The notes under the pieces: model-generated
The model's database searches: none
Told to the model about the DNA's origin: nothing
Seen by the model: the letters and a program-made list of their open reading frames with translations, nothing else
Shown: in pieces, positions 1 through 12,920 of the stretch
Position numbering within the stretch: position 1 is the first letter of the stretch
How the letters are laid out: the number at the start of each line of letters is the position of its first letter
Made by a program: the position numbers and the translations under genes
Assembly: GCA_002633005.1 (NCBI GenBank)
Contig: NMRA01000376.1
Location: 66,410-130,409, forward strand
Direction of reading: 5' to 3'
Origin: Phoronis australis
Lineage: Eukaryota; Animalia; Phoronida
Length of the DNA stretch: 64,000 bases

Positions 1-633
1 CAATGTGTAATGGTTTAGTATTAAACCTACCGAAAATTTTCAAATTTAAGCAAGGGCACTCTTGCTGAAAGGAGTCAAGACGGAACCAATTGCATTTGGA
101 TTTTAAAAATATTTGTCACCAGACAAGGCACACTTACACTCAAAATAGCAGTGTTTGTATCGCGTAGACACTGGCACTTTCTTTATCACGCTCCAAAATT
201 CTTTTCTTACGAACATCGTTGTTTTTTCCACGAGAAATACCCCGTTGAGCAAAGAATAGGGAGGAATAATATTGTCATCGCCTTGCGCAACCTCGCATAA
301 GGTCTATAGCTTTTCACATAGAAAACCAGCGTGAGGTGTCACGAACCACAGACGGAATCCCGCAGAGCAGTAATAGGTTAACTATAACTATAGCTGTAGA
401 GTTACGAAAATCGTATATTTTGCAAAAAGGTCTATTGTGCGGTTATGAGAAAAAAAAACGTTGTTCAGTGAAAATCCCCGAAAATGGTTCGCGATGGGTG
501 TTAAGTTTGCAAAAACGATAAGAATGTGAGGATTCTCTTTAATGATCAGCTGCGTACATTTGTTTGCAAAGGGGCACTCAACAAGAGACTTTTAAGCACA
601 GTTCCAAAAGAGCCTCCCGTAACCATTACACAA

Positions 634-881
634 CAGGGATTGGAATGGCCAATGAGAAAAAAGAGGAAAATTGTCCAGCCGGTGTATCATTCCACAAATA
701 AATAGGTTTGTGTGAAAGAAATATTCTTTGTGTAAAATTTAATGAATTAAACGTTTTTACATGAATAGCATCAAAATAATGATAAAAAGAGACGAAAAAA
801 GAGTTATCAGGAAATCAAATAAAAAGAAATCGAAACCTAAAAAGAGGAAATCCTCGTAAAAGAGGAAAATTCCAAGCCTTG
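634..881. mobile_element. Non-autonomous hAT-like MITE (family A, 6-bp TSD)
   Basis: TIRs CAGGGATTGGAAT...ATTCCAAGCCTTG, flanked by ACACAA/ACACAT. Subterminal sequence matches the copy at 29625-30128. Confidence 0.7.
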
Positions 882-1658
882 ACACATGTTCCGGAGTAAC
901 AGGAGATTCCCTGAAGGGACCTGTGTCCAACTGGGGTTGCGTTCCACAGACGCCATGGATAGTTTCGACAATCGCAGTTAGGTCTCGCCCAACATAGTCC
1001 CGAATATGACGGACTTCCCCTGCATACTTGATGTGTTCTGATATTTCGCTGGAACTGTTACTGGCATGGAGTCATAGAATCGCAAACCGTCCTTTTGGAA
1101 AGAATAATTGTTACATACAGCGGCAAATCCACGATTTCAAGTCTTTGATCACTTCATCGAAATCCTGGCCTAATCTGAGCATGGTTTCAGTGCAAACATA
1201 CATTGTATGGAACAGCTATTCGGTGAACCCCGGATGTACCTGGCAAGCTGCATTCAGTCCCTTTACACCGCTGATACATTCAGTTCTCGTGCTTGAAATT
1301 ACGCATGGCAAAAACTGCATTGTATGTTTCAGAACCAGGACTGTTAGAGGGAAACCTAATGAAGTGTCGGAATAAGATCGACAATTGTAGAGAAAAAAAC
1401 ACAAAAATAAACATTTACAGGGCAAAATTTACAAAGAATAAGAACCATAGACATCGTGTTGTTTCCTCACCCCGCTAGCTTCTAGGTCCCGAAGAGCTTT
1501 CAGCTGATACTCGTTAGATGGCGTTACTCGGAATAGTCTGTGGCTGAAATGTATCATAAGAATTAAAGACGTGGGGCTTTGTAACGAAAGTTATGCGCCT
1601 GTGAGTAGTTAAGATATGGTCTTACACTTGTTTAACGAGTCAATTTGTGACAAATACA

Positions 1659-4126
1659 CACCCGACCTACAACAAATTGCAACAAAAGGTTTTACGGTGG
1701 TTTTGTGCTCTACTGGGTATGCTTATGAACAGGAAAAAAGCCTACCCGGCAAAATCTGACCACCGAAAATAACTGCGTCATTTCCAAGATGGCGGCCACG
1801 ACGTTTCGAAATCACTAAAAATACAATTTCTTCAATAGTTGTGATGGAGACATAATTTTTAGTTTTAGTCCATAGTTTTAAGGAGTGAGCAACTCACTGG
1901 TGTGGTTAAAATTAAGATATCGGTCAGTATTTGATATGAAATTTAAGATGGCGGCTAAAATTCAAGAGCTAAAAATCACTGATTTGTCCATTATTTATAA
2001 TCTTATCCCTTATAACGAGAGTATGATTAAATGTGACTGGTTTCTGATTGAATGATCTTAAAGCATTAAAATTTGAATGAATTCTGACTGAATTATGTTA
2101 AAATATGAACATCAGCTGTCAAATATTTAATCCAAAGCATTGGCTTGCATAAAGGTGACAAAACGTGTCTAGTGTATTATTGTTTGCCTCTGGTTTTTAT
2201 TTAAAAAATTCACCAAGGAAACTAGAAACCAGGGCAAAATGTCTACATCTGTCTGAGGTCTCCCACAATCAGCGGCAGGATCATCGACAATCTTGATAAA
2301 AAGAAGTCAGTGGCTGGACTGAAGATGCTCCATACTGCTCAGGCAATGATCAAGGCAGATAGTACTCGGTCTTGGAATGATCACTTGCAAGCTGTTGGTG
2401 ATGCCTTGCTAACATTTGCTGCAGCTGGACACCACAACTACCTAATGTCCGCTTAATTCTACATACGAGAAATAGCTGATACATGTATGGAGAGCAAACA
2501 TGCAGATGTGTATGCGAAGTTTCAAAAATGACTTTCCTGTGATTCGGCGAACAAACCAGTTTTGGGCAGGCCTCTGCTGTGATCTAGCCATTTGGACAAA
2601 TTACTAAATGCGATCGCTAAAAAGCTCAGGCGGCTTGACTCATGGCAGTAAGATGACGGAGGAGCAGGGAGCAATGTGGACGTCGGTCACCTGCAAGGTG
2701 ATGTTCACATCACCTTGCAGGCCTTCAATGACGTCACGTACACAACACCCAAACAACACAAAGAAACAACCGGTGCCAGAATTGAAAGAGGTGCATGCGA
2801 CTTCGCGAAGATAAGCACAAAGCTGACTGAAAGTTCACCCTTCTCCTCAGACCCTGTGCAACGCAATGTCATCTATGGTGTAGTCGCCGCCAACGCAGAC
2901 GTCAACGTGCATGGATATGAATCTTTTAGGAACAAATTGAAGACAATCAATTCGTACCCATGCTGCACCAGACACTCCTGAAGATGATACACTGCAACTG
3001 AACCACAGTTTGTAGTACGCGCCGTTGCAGTTGCAGAAAGAATGGGCTTGCATGTACATCTACATGTACATGGGTTGTGCTTAGCAACATATGGTGACAG
3101 TTCACTAAATCAAGCTTCTGAGGAACTTGAAGACAGTGATGAGGATTGAACTGGTGCAGTTTGTTTAATGAACATAACATTCCTGGATGAAAATGTAACC
3201 TAATCGTTCATGCGTCATGTCGACAAATAAATATTTTACTGGCATCTGGTGTTCAGTCATCTTGATACTGACAGATGCCTTTAAGTAAAGGAGAATTTTT
3301 TGCAGGTTTAAGTTATTGATCATAATACAACATAAACCTTGGTACACATTCTCTGTCAGGGCATTCCAAACGCTGTAGCTCTTTAGATTGCAATCAGGGC
3401 TTTGTGTAAAATATGTTGTAATTAACCCCAGTTAACTAGTTCTCAGAACTTGAAAACACTATCTTTACTTCGCAAAATGTGGCACCCAACTGACAAAGCA
3501 TTTTTATGACACAAGCATTGAAAACATACTTCTGAGTAAATTGATTGCCAAGTGCCACCATCCTTGATATATATTATATAGTTATGTAGGCTAATTTGGA
3601 ATTGACTTTTTTGAGTTACAAAAGTATCTTTCCTGACCTATAGGAAAACACAGTGCATCATTATATCTTTATGGTGTACTGACAATAGATTAATATGCAC
3701 ATGTGCAAAATTTCGTGCAATTTTAAAGAAAATTTTTCGAAAAAATAAAGGTTAAAGTTCGAAACATTTTTGACCACCCAATATAATGGACAAACAATTA
3801 TTATTCGCTCTTGAATTTTAGCTAGCCGCCATCTTGAATTTCATATCAAATACTGATCAAATCTTAATTTTAACCACACCAGTGAGTTGCTCAACCCTTA
3901 AAACCATAGACTAGAACTAAAAATTATGTCTCTATCACAATTATTGAAGAAGCTGTATCTATTTTAGTGATTTCGAAACGTCGTGGCGGCCATCTTGGAA
4001 ATGACCCAGTTTTAACCCATTTCCTGTGCTCAGATTTTGGTAGATTTCTTTCCTGTTAATAAGTATGCCTAATAGAGCACAAAACCACTGCAAAACCTTT
4101 TGTTGCAATTTGTTGTGGGTCAGGTG
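1659..4126 (+). mobile_element. Internally deleted DNA transposon with long TIRs, probably CMC (CACTA/Mirage/Chapaev) group; decayed transposase
   Basis: About 1659-2000 is the inverse complement of about 3775-4126 (CACC(C/T)GACC.ACAACAAATTGC ends, repeated AAGATGGCGGC). Interrupted + strand transposase remnants: WNDHLQAV..FAAAGHHNYL, IRRTNQFWAGL, LMRSLKSSGGLTHG, and a C-terminal CXC-like CSTRRCSCRKNGLACT. Superfamily call is from memory of the motifs. Confidence 0.75.
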
Positions 4127-5834
4127 GTATATTGACTCTGTAATGTAGTTTCCGCATTCTTGTGCATACATAACTGTTCTCTTCATTCGCGAATATGTCA
4201 GTTTTCATTTGAACAAGTCAGTATTTACCAGTATCATTAACTGTAGTGACCTGCGCTTGCATCAAATGCGTGTCGGGATATAAAACTAAAGAACACACAG
4301 TTCTGAGGCAAGTCACTGTAGTGACTACTATACCACTCCAGCAAAAGACTTTGAAATACAACAAAAGTGCTACTGCAAAGTTAATTGACAATGGAGTCTA
4401 AAATTAAAACGCCAAGCACTTAGGGACGCACCACATTTACTCGAACGTATTGCAATAAAAGAATACTTCAGAGAACTCCTACTTAATGGGTAACTTATTT
4501 CCCGGGGTCACTTATTTCCCATGACGACCTTGAATCAGAAAATTACACAGCATTTTCCAAGATATAATCATATGGTGTAAAATTAACTGGATGTGAGCGT
4601 TATGGTGTTTAAACTTGGTGGAAGGGCACTGTCTGTCGCAATACCACCTACATAGTAATGCGACCCTCTGAAATGATGGTGAACGGTGACGGACGGTGTG
4701 ATCACCAGTATGCATGCTTTGATTTGGACCTTTAGTTGTACGGAATGACCCGGTATAGTGTAACTTGTGTGGAAGGCATCGATTTCGTCTCTTCTTGTGA
4801 TCGCAGAAACTGCAAGCCACGTTTCTCAAAAGATGGAACAGTATGTTCACAAAATGAACGAATCGCTATGTTGGGGTGTTATTTTGCAAACAATCGGAAT
4901 GTTCGAATATTATTTTGTTTTGTTAGCTAATGAAAAGACATGTAACATGATCGAGCAGTTCTGGCTCTCGTACACCTGGAACAGAGTGGACTACGGGACG
5001 ACACAATAGACATACATAAGGGATCGACACAGTTGCCACAAAGCCTAAAACTAGTTGAAATTATGTCAGTTTAATATGACTCCAGTTTCCAAAATACGAA
5101 GCTTTTCAAAACATAACACTGATCCATTCAGACAATAGAACTTAACATTTCAAATTGCGTTAACTTGTGGTATATCTAAATGTTTATAGTTTCACACATG
5201 ATCACAAATTCACCGTTTGACCTCAGAAATAATTAGAATGACCTTGATTTTGCGCTGAAGTTTTGTTATTTCGGCGTCACAACGACGTCATTCTCAGATA
5301 CATACATAACAAAAACGATATTACCAGTAACATGAATAAATTTCTATTGAAAGATATAAAAATTCACAGCTTTATAAATCGTCATTTCTTCATTTGTGAC
5401 GCCAGACACACGCGCGCGCATATAGACATACATACATTATATACATACATACCTGTATGATGGCGCAATTTAAAACATCAAAGCTCCATCGTTTGAATGC
5501 ATCATTGTTTTTTTCGAAAAGTTTCGCATTTTGGAAAACTGAAGTCAATATTTCGCTCAACCTTTCGTGGATAACCTTCGCCATTTCTGAACTTGAGTCG
5601 GTTAAGGTTGTGAGTGACCCAATCATCAAGTTTGTGCATTTAAGCCACAAAATTTAACCCAGTAAAAATGTACATTTTTGAAAATATAAAGCCTTAAAAA
5701 TCTAATTGTGCACTTTAATACAGCAATCTGACATAAGTTGAGGTGCATGGCAATATTTTAGTAAAATTTATCAATTATGAAAAAAGGTTCATGTGCATAG
5801 CAAAAAACAATATCAATAACATGTCCAAATTGAA

Positions 5835-5934
5835 GTTGATACATGTTGTTGTGCAGACATTCAAAATATAATCTCAAAATCGATGTTGATACATGTTGTT
5901 GTGTAGACATTCAAAATATAATCTCAAAACCGAT
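5835..5934. repeat. Tandem duplication, 2 x 50 bp
   Basis: GTTGATACATGTTGTTGTG(C/T)AGACATTCAAAATATAATCTCAAAA(T/C)CGAT occurs twice head-to-tail. Confidence 0.9.
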
Positions 5935-7537
5935 GTCACCGTTTTTTGAAGTGCCTGCATTATCATCTTGAGCGGCAATATCCCTGACTCACAAATGGTT
6001 TGCAGGCGTTCAAATTGACCTACTTTCTGCCGGTCAACGCGTCAAGGAGTGTTACTTTAAATACACTCCTTCCTCTTCATTTTAGTTAAAAACTCCAAGA
6101 AACAGAACTTATTGCAATTTTTTTTCAGTCGAAACTTAAGTCTAAATAATGCTCATTCAAACACAACTCCAAATATGTTCAAAAGTAACTGGATTTATTA
6201 AGAGTTCTTAGTTTGGTTTTTAATTTTGATGGTGCACCGCCACCTAAAATGGCTGCCGTAGTGAGTGACAGCTGACTCATGCATTTTGGGTATTCACTCA
6301 GCTGCGGCCATATGTAATGAGGTTTCCGCGGAAACCCGCCCACTTAAAAAAAATTTAAGAAGGTAATAGTAAACTGTGGCAAACACAAACAAAACAAGAG
6401 CTAAAAGTTACGAAATGTTTATACTTTAGTGACATCTTTGGACAAACGACACTCATCCCGAGTTCTAACTTGTTGAATATAAAGGAAGGACAATCTCCAA
6501 AATCAAAAGTATGCATAACTAGCTCAACAATAAGCTGCATGTAGACATGAAAGAGGTTTTTGCGATTACAGGAACGGCAGCTGAAATGGATATCTGACAA
6601 CGGTTGCATGAAATAGTCGCAATAGCTATGCTCCCTTTCGGCATATTTGTGTACTGTGTACAATAATTTATTGTCATTATTTCTGCTATTGGTCGTTAGT
6701 GCACATAGTTTTAGCTTTGATACATACCGAGAGTAAACTATTTGCTGAAATCTTAATATTATTTTAAATATATTGAGACCTTTTCTTGCAAGGCCCCTAA
6801 TTTAAGACCATAGTCACTAATTATATTTTCGTTGAAATAAGGGCTCAGTTTTCAGATATATTGCAAGTAAACGAGGAGCTCACAATAAAGATAAAATGAC
6901 AGGAAAATATAACATAAGCGAGTAAACAAGTCTACGGTGCCCTGGAATGCTACGAAGCATTGTGGAGTCCTTGTGTGAAGCTGCTTCATGCAACAGGACA
7001 AAGGTATTCATTGAGCATTGTATTTCAACTCCTGAGGTAGATTAGAGATAACTCGTGTAAGATTTCCCATATGGTATCAAGGTGACTCGTTAAAGCAGGA
7101 ACCCACCTACATCACAGTATTTGCAGTTTCAGATGTCGGCTATTTGATTAACATATAGTTAGCGTTCTGAATATACATGTAGATCTTACATAAGAACTTC
7201 GAAGATTTAGGTCTAGCGTCTGTTGCCGTATATCATATTTTTAGAAATATAATTGCTATAAGTCGCTCTTAAACTACTTTTAATTTACAAATCGTGTTAT
7301 TATAAATAATTAACAGTTTTCCGTAGTAGAAGTTGCAAAAACGTACCACAAATCGTCGTGGTCCAGCACACTCCTCCAACTTATGGTCTAAACACGAAAA
7401 CTATGAATGAAACTGGTTAACCCTAACGAGCCGGTCACAAAAATTCCCGGCCCTTGTCATAACAGTTGTTTTTACCTTTAAAGGGGTTTCAGGGACTCTC
7501 TCTGACTGACAAGGAACAGGCCAGTTTGGATGGATTG

Positions 7538-7694
7538 CAGGGGCGGATCCAGGATTTTGAGTTAGGAGGAGCAGGGCAGAGTATTAGCCAGGACTTTGCC
7601 CGTCAGACATTTGCATCTCCGAACTGCCAAATGGAATCTGGGATAATTTTTTGGGAGGGCATGAATCTCTTGGCCCCCTCTAACTGCGCCACTG
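7538..7694 (-). mobile_element. MITE family B (CAG(G/T)GGCG TIR, 5-bp TSD)
   Basis: CAGGGGCGGATCC...GCGCCACTG flanked by a GATTG direct repeat. Internal sequence is the reverse complement of parts of 60591-60899. Confidence 0.8.
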
Positions 7695-8700
7695 GATTGG
7701 TCAACTCCAGTCGGCCAAAGCTGCTTTTTGCCATTCTTATCATTTTCCAAAGCCGCCATGGGTAATCTCTTCGTTCTCTGTTATGGTATGGAATGGAGTG
7801 GAGAGGCAACCACCTTGAACACAATGATTTAGTGTTTTCGACATCAGTGTCAGCGTTTCACGATCAAAATGCAAAACTGCACTAGAGTGCTAATGTTATT
7901 TTACACCACACATGTATTTTGTAAGACAACCCAAGCATGCCAGCAGTAATTTTTCAATGAAGCCTTTTTATTTCATCAATTCTTGCCTTATGTTATCTAA
8001 GAAAATACATGGGAAGCCTCACTGTGAATGTTTTTTCTTCTTTCGATGTAGCCTGTTGGTAACGACGATATGTACGCCAAGGTGTCTATGGATTATTCTT
8101 TTCCCTATGTATAACCTTCACGTAGACAGAGGGGTCTCGTTTTATCAAGTCACAAGCTGCGTCATAACACATTTTTTTCACGGGGAAACCGCAGACCTTA
8201 ACCGTATTTCCCCCACGGAATAGACATCGCAAGTTTGATGTTTTCCATAAGGACTCACTTTGCCAATCTCCAGTCACTAAATGCCCCTACACCTACATGG
8301 TAGCCCTGGGCGCACGCCACTGATTTCCATCACCGGAAACCCTATAAATTTCTAAGCTGTATAATCAGAAAAAAACATGACTGAAAAGTTTATTGGGCAA
8401 AAAAGATCGGTTAGTGGTTATGATTTGAGTAGACAGATACAAATATTCAGAAAATTGATTATCATTTTAAAAAACAATTTGGAAAATTGTTATTCAATTT
8501 AATTAGAATCTTGGTCTTCAGTTTTGAATATGGACAATGGACACATAAAGTTATAGGCTTTCACATAGTATGTCGGAGTATCAATGCCTCACTTACCCGT
8601 CGTAGCGGGTCTGTTGGCTGTCATGACGAAATTTGCTGGCTTCAGATAGGACTCCGATGACAGTCAAAACCCATAGAATGCGACAGTTAAGACGGACCAT
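7603..8700 (-). CDS. Putative two-exon secreted peptide precursor (exon 8700-8597, exon from 7813)
   Basis: ATG exon MVRLNCRILWVLTVIGVLSEASK...RYDG ends at a perfect GG|GTAAGT donor. The phase-compatible acceptor at 7814-7815 continues WLPLHSIPYHNRERRDYPWRLWKMIRMAKSSFGR. No homology recognised. Confidence 0.3.
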
Positions 8701-10502
8701 CCCTAGAGCGGTGCAGTCACATGAGTCCAAACCCGCCGTTGATTAGAGAACACCTGACAATCCTCACGTCTAGGTGGACATTTGACGAACCAAACACACA
8801 TGTATGTCACACGGTCTGAGAAGCGTTGGCTGATCTTCATGCAATTTATTCGACGCGACTTAGAGAACCTACGTGGATTAATTATCGGTAACAGCATAGG
8901 TTTCCTCGCCCACTCGTTGTGACGAATTGAAGTGGAAGAAATGCTATGAATATGAAATTACTATCTGAAGTTACGGATGTTGCTCATACCAGTGGTATCT
9001 TTAACATTTCCAGCTGATAAGAAACACTTTAAGTAAAGATTTTTATCCCCTACGGGACGTATAACTAGAATAAAGTAGACACGCGAAATGACAGTAATGT
9101 TCACAGAAACAAGGAAACTTAATAAGCAGCCCAGTTTACATCAAAGACCCTTTATTAATTGTAGTAGATCTAAAAGTCAGTTTTCATCCACGCCCTTAAG
9201 TAGTAACTATTGTATATAACCCGATCTAGTACATTGGTGAATGGAAAACAGTAAAATACACGCCATACTGCGCATGCTGATCAAATTGGCCCGCCAGAAT
9301 ACATAAAGTATATCTTATAAGTCAGTTGGGAGAGATGCATTTAGAGCGTACAGATTTAGTTAACATTATGCAAGTTTCACTTACGATTCTCAGCGGGAAA
9401 TTTCTATTATCGCACTACTGCTCCAAGTCTTGACTTCGTCATGTCTCAGCTTGTTTGGTGTTTCAGAATAAACAGTCCCCTATTGAATTTGCAATTTCCT
9501 AATCTATTAAATATTTGTTTTGTACGTAGATATGTGGGTACCCATAGAAATATGGCGGTTCCCATGCAAAATATGATTATAAGTGAGCTCATATTTGTCA
9601 GTAAAGGGTGATCAATTGGGCCGCTATGTTTGAGACCGGATACGCCTATGACAAATTACAATAGCGGGTACCTTCCAGGGCGGGTCCAGTTATAAATATA
9701 ATTTGGTCATAGCGACTATTTTTCGGGTTCGAATCGCATAACGGTGGCGAAACCAGCGATAAACAGCTTCATTAAAGTTTTGTTTGCTTCTTGAACACAT
9801 TATCTTTATTTTTCTTCTTTCACAAGAAAAATCAAACAGAGTTGATTATTTGGCATTATCTGGAGACATTTACAAAGATAATGCGAAATTTTTGCGTAAC
9901 GATACAACTCGTACCAGTTACGTCCATTCTGTGTACGCAATGTGACATTGGCGAAAAAAAAAACAGAAAATTTTACTTTAAATTGCAAGTTCTTGTACTC
10001 CTACCATGTTGCCGTCCCAATGCCACCGACGACTATTTACACATCAGTTCTCAGGTGGCACCCAACATCTATTGCTGGTTTAGGGCTAGAAAAAGTAGGT
10101 CTTGGCAGCTCCATCACTCTGATCTAGAGGGTGTGTCTAAACTATTAACAATATACTAGATCAAAGAATTTAAAACTTGACAAAGTCCTTTGATACGGAG
10201 TCAAATTTCCACCTTTTACGACTATCGAAAGTGCATCCGGCTACTTAAAAAAAACAACAAAGCACACCAAATCTGCAAATATAGTTCATCAAAAAGACAA
10301 TTTATGAAAAATGGGAGCTATTAAAAACGGAAATTGTCGATTTGCTTTGCGGTTGATGCCCGAGAAGATAATTTCATGTTTTTTTTCGTAAAAGAACGTG
10401 GCAAATGTCGTAATTATGTCATTCCCAACGTATTGATGATTGTCACAAGTTCATTATTCGTCCTAAGTTCCACCAAATGTAGGCCTCAGTCTCAGTTTTG
10501 CA

Positions 10503-10655
10503 GGAGCTGCGCTTTACTTACTCCGCCGCCGGTTCCTCTAGGTCAACCGAATAAGACATGTAATTGGTCTGTAAGCTGGAAATCGTCGCCGAGAACTAGT
10601 CATATGTCTAAGACGGTTAGCCCGCTCAAACAGAGATGTGAATCAAGTGCAGCCA
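10503..10655. mobile_element. Palindromic MITE family C
   Basis: Ends AATCAAGTGCAGCCA. Internal GTAAGCTGGAA/TAAGACAT matches the reverse complement of the copy at 24091-24240. Confidence 0.6.
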
Positions 10656-12920
10656 TTGAGAAATTTGCATTTTATTGCCAGTTTTCCATAGAGCGCATTG
10701 TAGAAAACAGACTTGTTCACTCTACCAACATCTCTACCACGCTACTGTGTACGCGCTACGGCATGCCCAACGAACCCCTGAATTCGCGTATTGCGAATTC
10801 TAAAATGGCACGCGGAATATTATGAGACTGATTTTACGAAAGTGAAAGGCCTAATTTGATTTTCACTGCTGTCATCTAACCAAGGCGAAATGCAGGGTCG
10901 AGTTCAAAACTACTAGTGCCTCCCTAGAAAATCAAGATCTCACTAGTTCCGCGAGATGTCACCTTGCATTTTCAATGAGAGCACTGTGCTGGCCCAAACT
11001 GTCACAAATTCGGACGTCGTTGTAGCAATTTGGGCCTGCACAGAGCAAGTGGTTTTGCCGGCTAGAATTTTAATTCTGGCAGCGAGACAGTCCACTTTAA
11101 ACAACAACCACGAGGTCACCAGGTAGGAGAAAGAAAACCTTGCCAAACAGTAAATTTATATTATCCATAATACATTGGTTCAGCCAATCATGAGCATGCA
11201 CAATTTTGATTGGTTAAGTTCAGGGAAACTGGGAATGCTCCAAAAATAAAAAAAAACTTGGCTACATTTTTGTCGCCCACGAAATGAAAAAAGAAGCACG
11301 GTGGAGAACGAAGAATTGTTGAAATAAGTATGCGCTGTTGAAGCGAGCTGTGATGGAGTGATCGGTGTTTTATCCGCCACAGGCCAACAGGGAAACGTTG
11401 ATTTTGTAACTAACACCAATGATGCTCGCCGGTTGTAGCTCGATTGGAAATCATTTTGTACTGAAATCAGTCCATTCAACGTCGCTATTCTGTTACAGGA
11501 GAGACGATACTATTTAGCAAGGCATTGCCGGCGGAGGCGAGGAGGGGGCTGAGGGCGCTTCAGCCCCACTTTTTTCTGATTACCCATATTTACAAGCAAC
11601 TCCATTCTACGTGTGTGCATGGTTTAACCAAATAGCCGTCGTTTTTTGTTGTTCGACAGGATTACAATTTATCAAATCGTAACAGGCCTACTTGAATTTT
11701 CACCCTCCCCCTCCATTGACAAACACTCCACCACCAATGAATGATGTCATATTCTCCCGACGTAAACTTTCATAGCCCAGCACGTGGCGTTCACACAAGA
11801 AAAGGATTCTTAAACGAGTACATTTCTTCGAGTTGAAATGTGCTTAATCATTGGGTAGTTTTACATAATCAACGCGCTGAATTAGTTATTCGTTATATCC
11901 AATGAATGACAAATTTACATTCAGTACTTAACAGCGCCATCATTTACGCGGTCACTCGATAAGAATCTGCAACATTCTCCAAAAGTTGCCTGGTACCCAT
12001 GCAGAATGTCTTCCACTATTTTGAGGTTCGAGAGCACTGGTGTGATTGGCCTTTATGGACGTATATGTATTGCGCGCTTTTTACTTGGTGAAGTCGGTTA
12101 ATTTTTTGGTTTGCTGAGCCACCGCTGTTTCTGGTGGGATTTTTCTGATTTTGTTGGATAGATCATTCCAAGGGCTATCGCAAGTGTGTCATTTGTTAGC
12201 TCTTAACGTTCTCGAGTTATTCGAGATTTTCCAAGGACTGTTTAGTGGTCGCCAATTAACCGAGTTTTTGTTTCGTGTCTTCGGCGTCCCTTGACGTATC
12301 TGTCTAAAATTTGGTATTTGGATAGATCTTTCTAATGGCAGCATTGTGAAACCAGTTTCTTGCTACGACTTTCTCTTCTCGCGACATTCGAGATTTATTG
12401 CTCAGATGGCTGCTCTTTTGTCGACTAATTATTGATAGCTGCCCTTTGCCGTCATCCCGTCACATTTGTGCTAGTAATCGCATTTTTCGTCTGATCGACA
12501 TGAAACTTACCTACAGGGTTAACTTAGTCAATAGCTCGAGGACTTCTGTTTCTAGGCGAAATCGGATGGAAGGTGACGCTGTGACGGCCATTTTTCGAAT
12601 CATAATTGGCGGAGCGCTCGCTCCGGGATCCTCTGGCCGAACCTTCTCAAGTGGTATGTAAATAGATCTCTCCACGGGCTCACTAACACATTGTTTTCGT
12701 CATCGACCTCACCTTTAAATTTTTATACGATTTCACCAAGTGTCGCTCTTCAGCGCTTTCATTTATCCAGTTAGTCTTAGAAAACGTATTGCTGGAACAC
12801 GTTTTGACAACGGTTTATGATTTGATTACGATTCCCTTAATATTACAATAGCCATCAATCACCTCCTAGATAAGACACAGTCGTGACAGAAACAGCATTC
12901 ATAGCCTGTGTTTGTTATCA

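Noticed and set aside
885-1425. Long minus-strand frame with few stops
   Set aside because: Three stops and no recognisable domain; cannot be told from chance.
4570-4930. Cys-rich plus-strand frame
   Set aside because: Two in-frame stops, no convincing splice sites and no domain signature.
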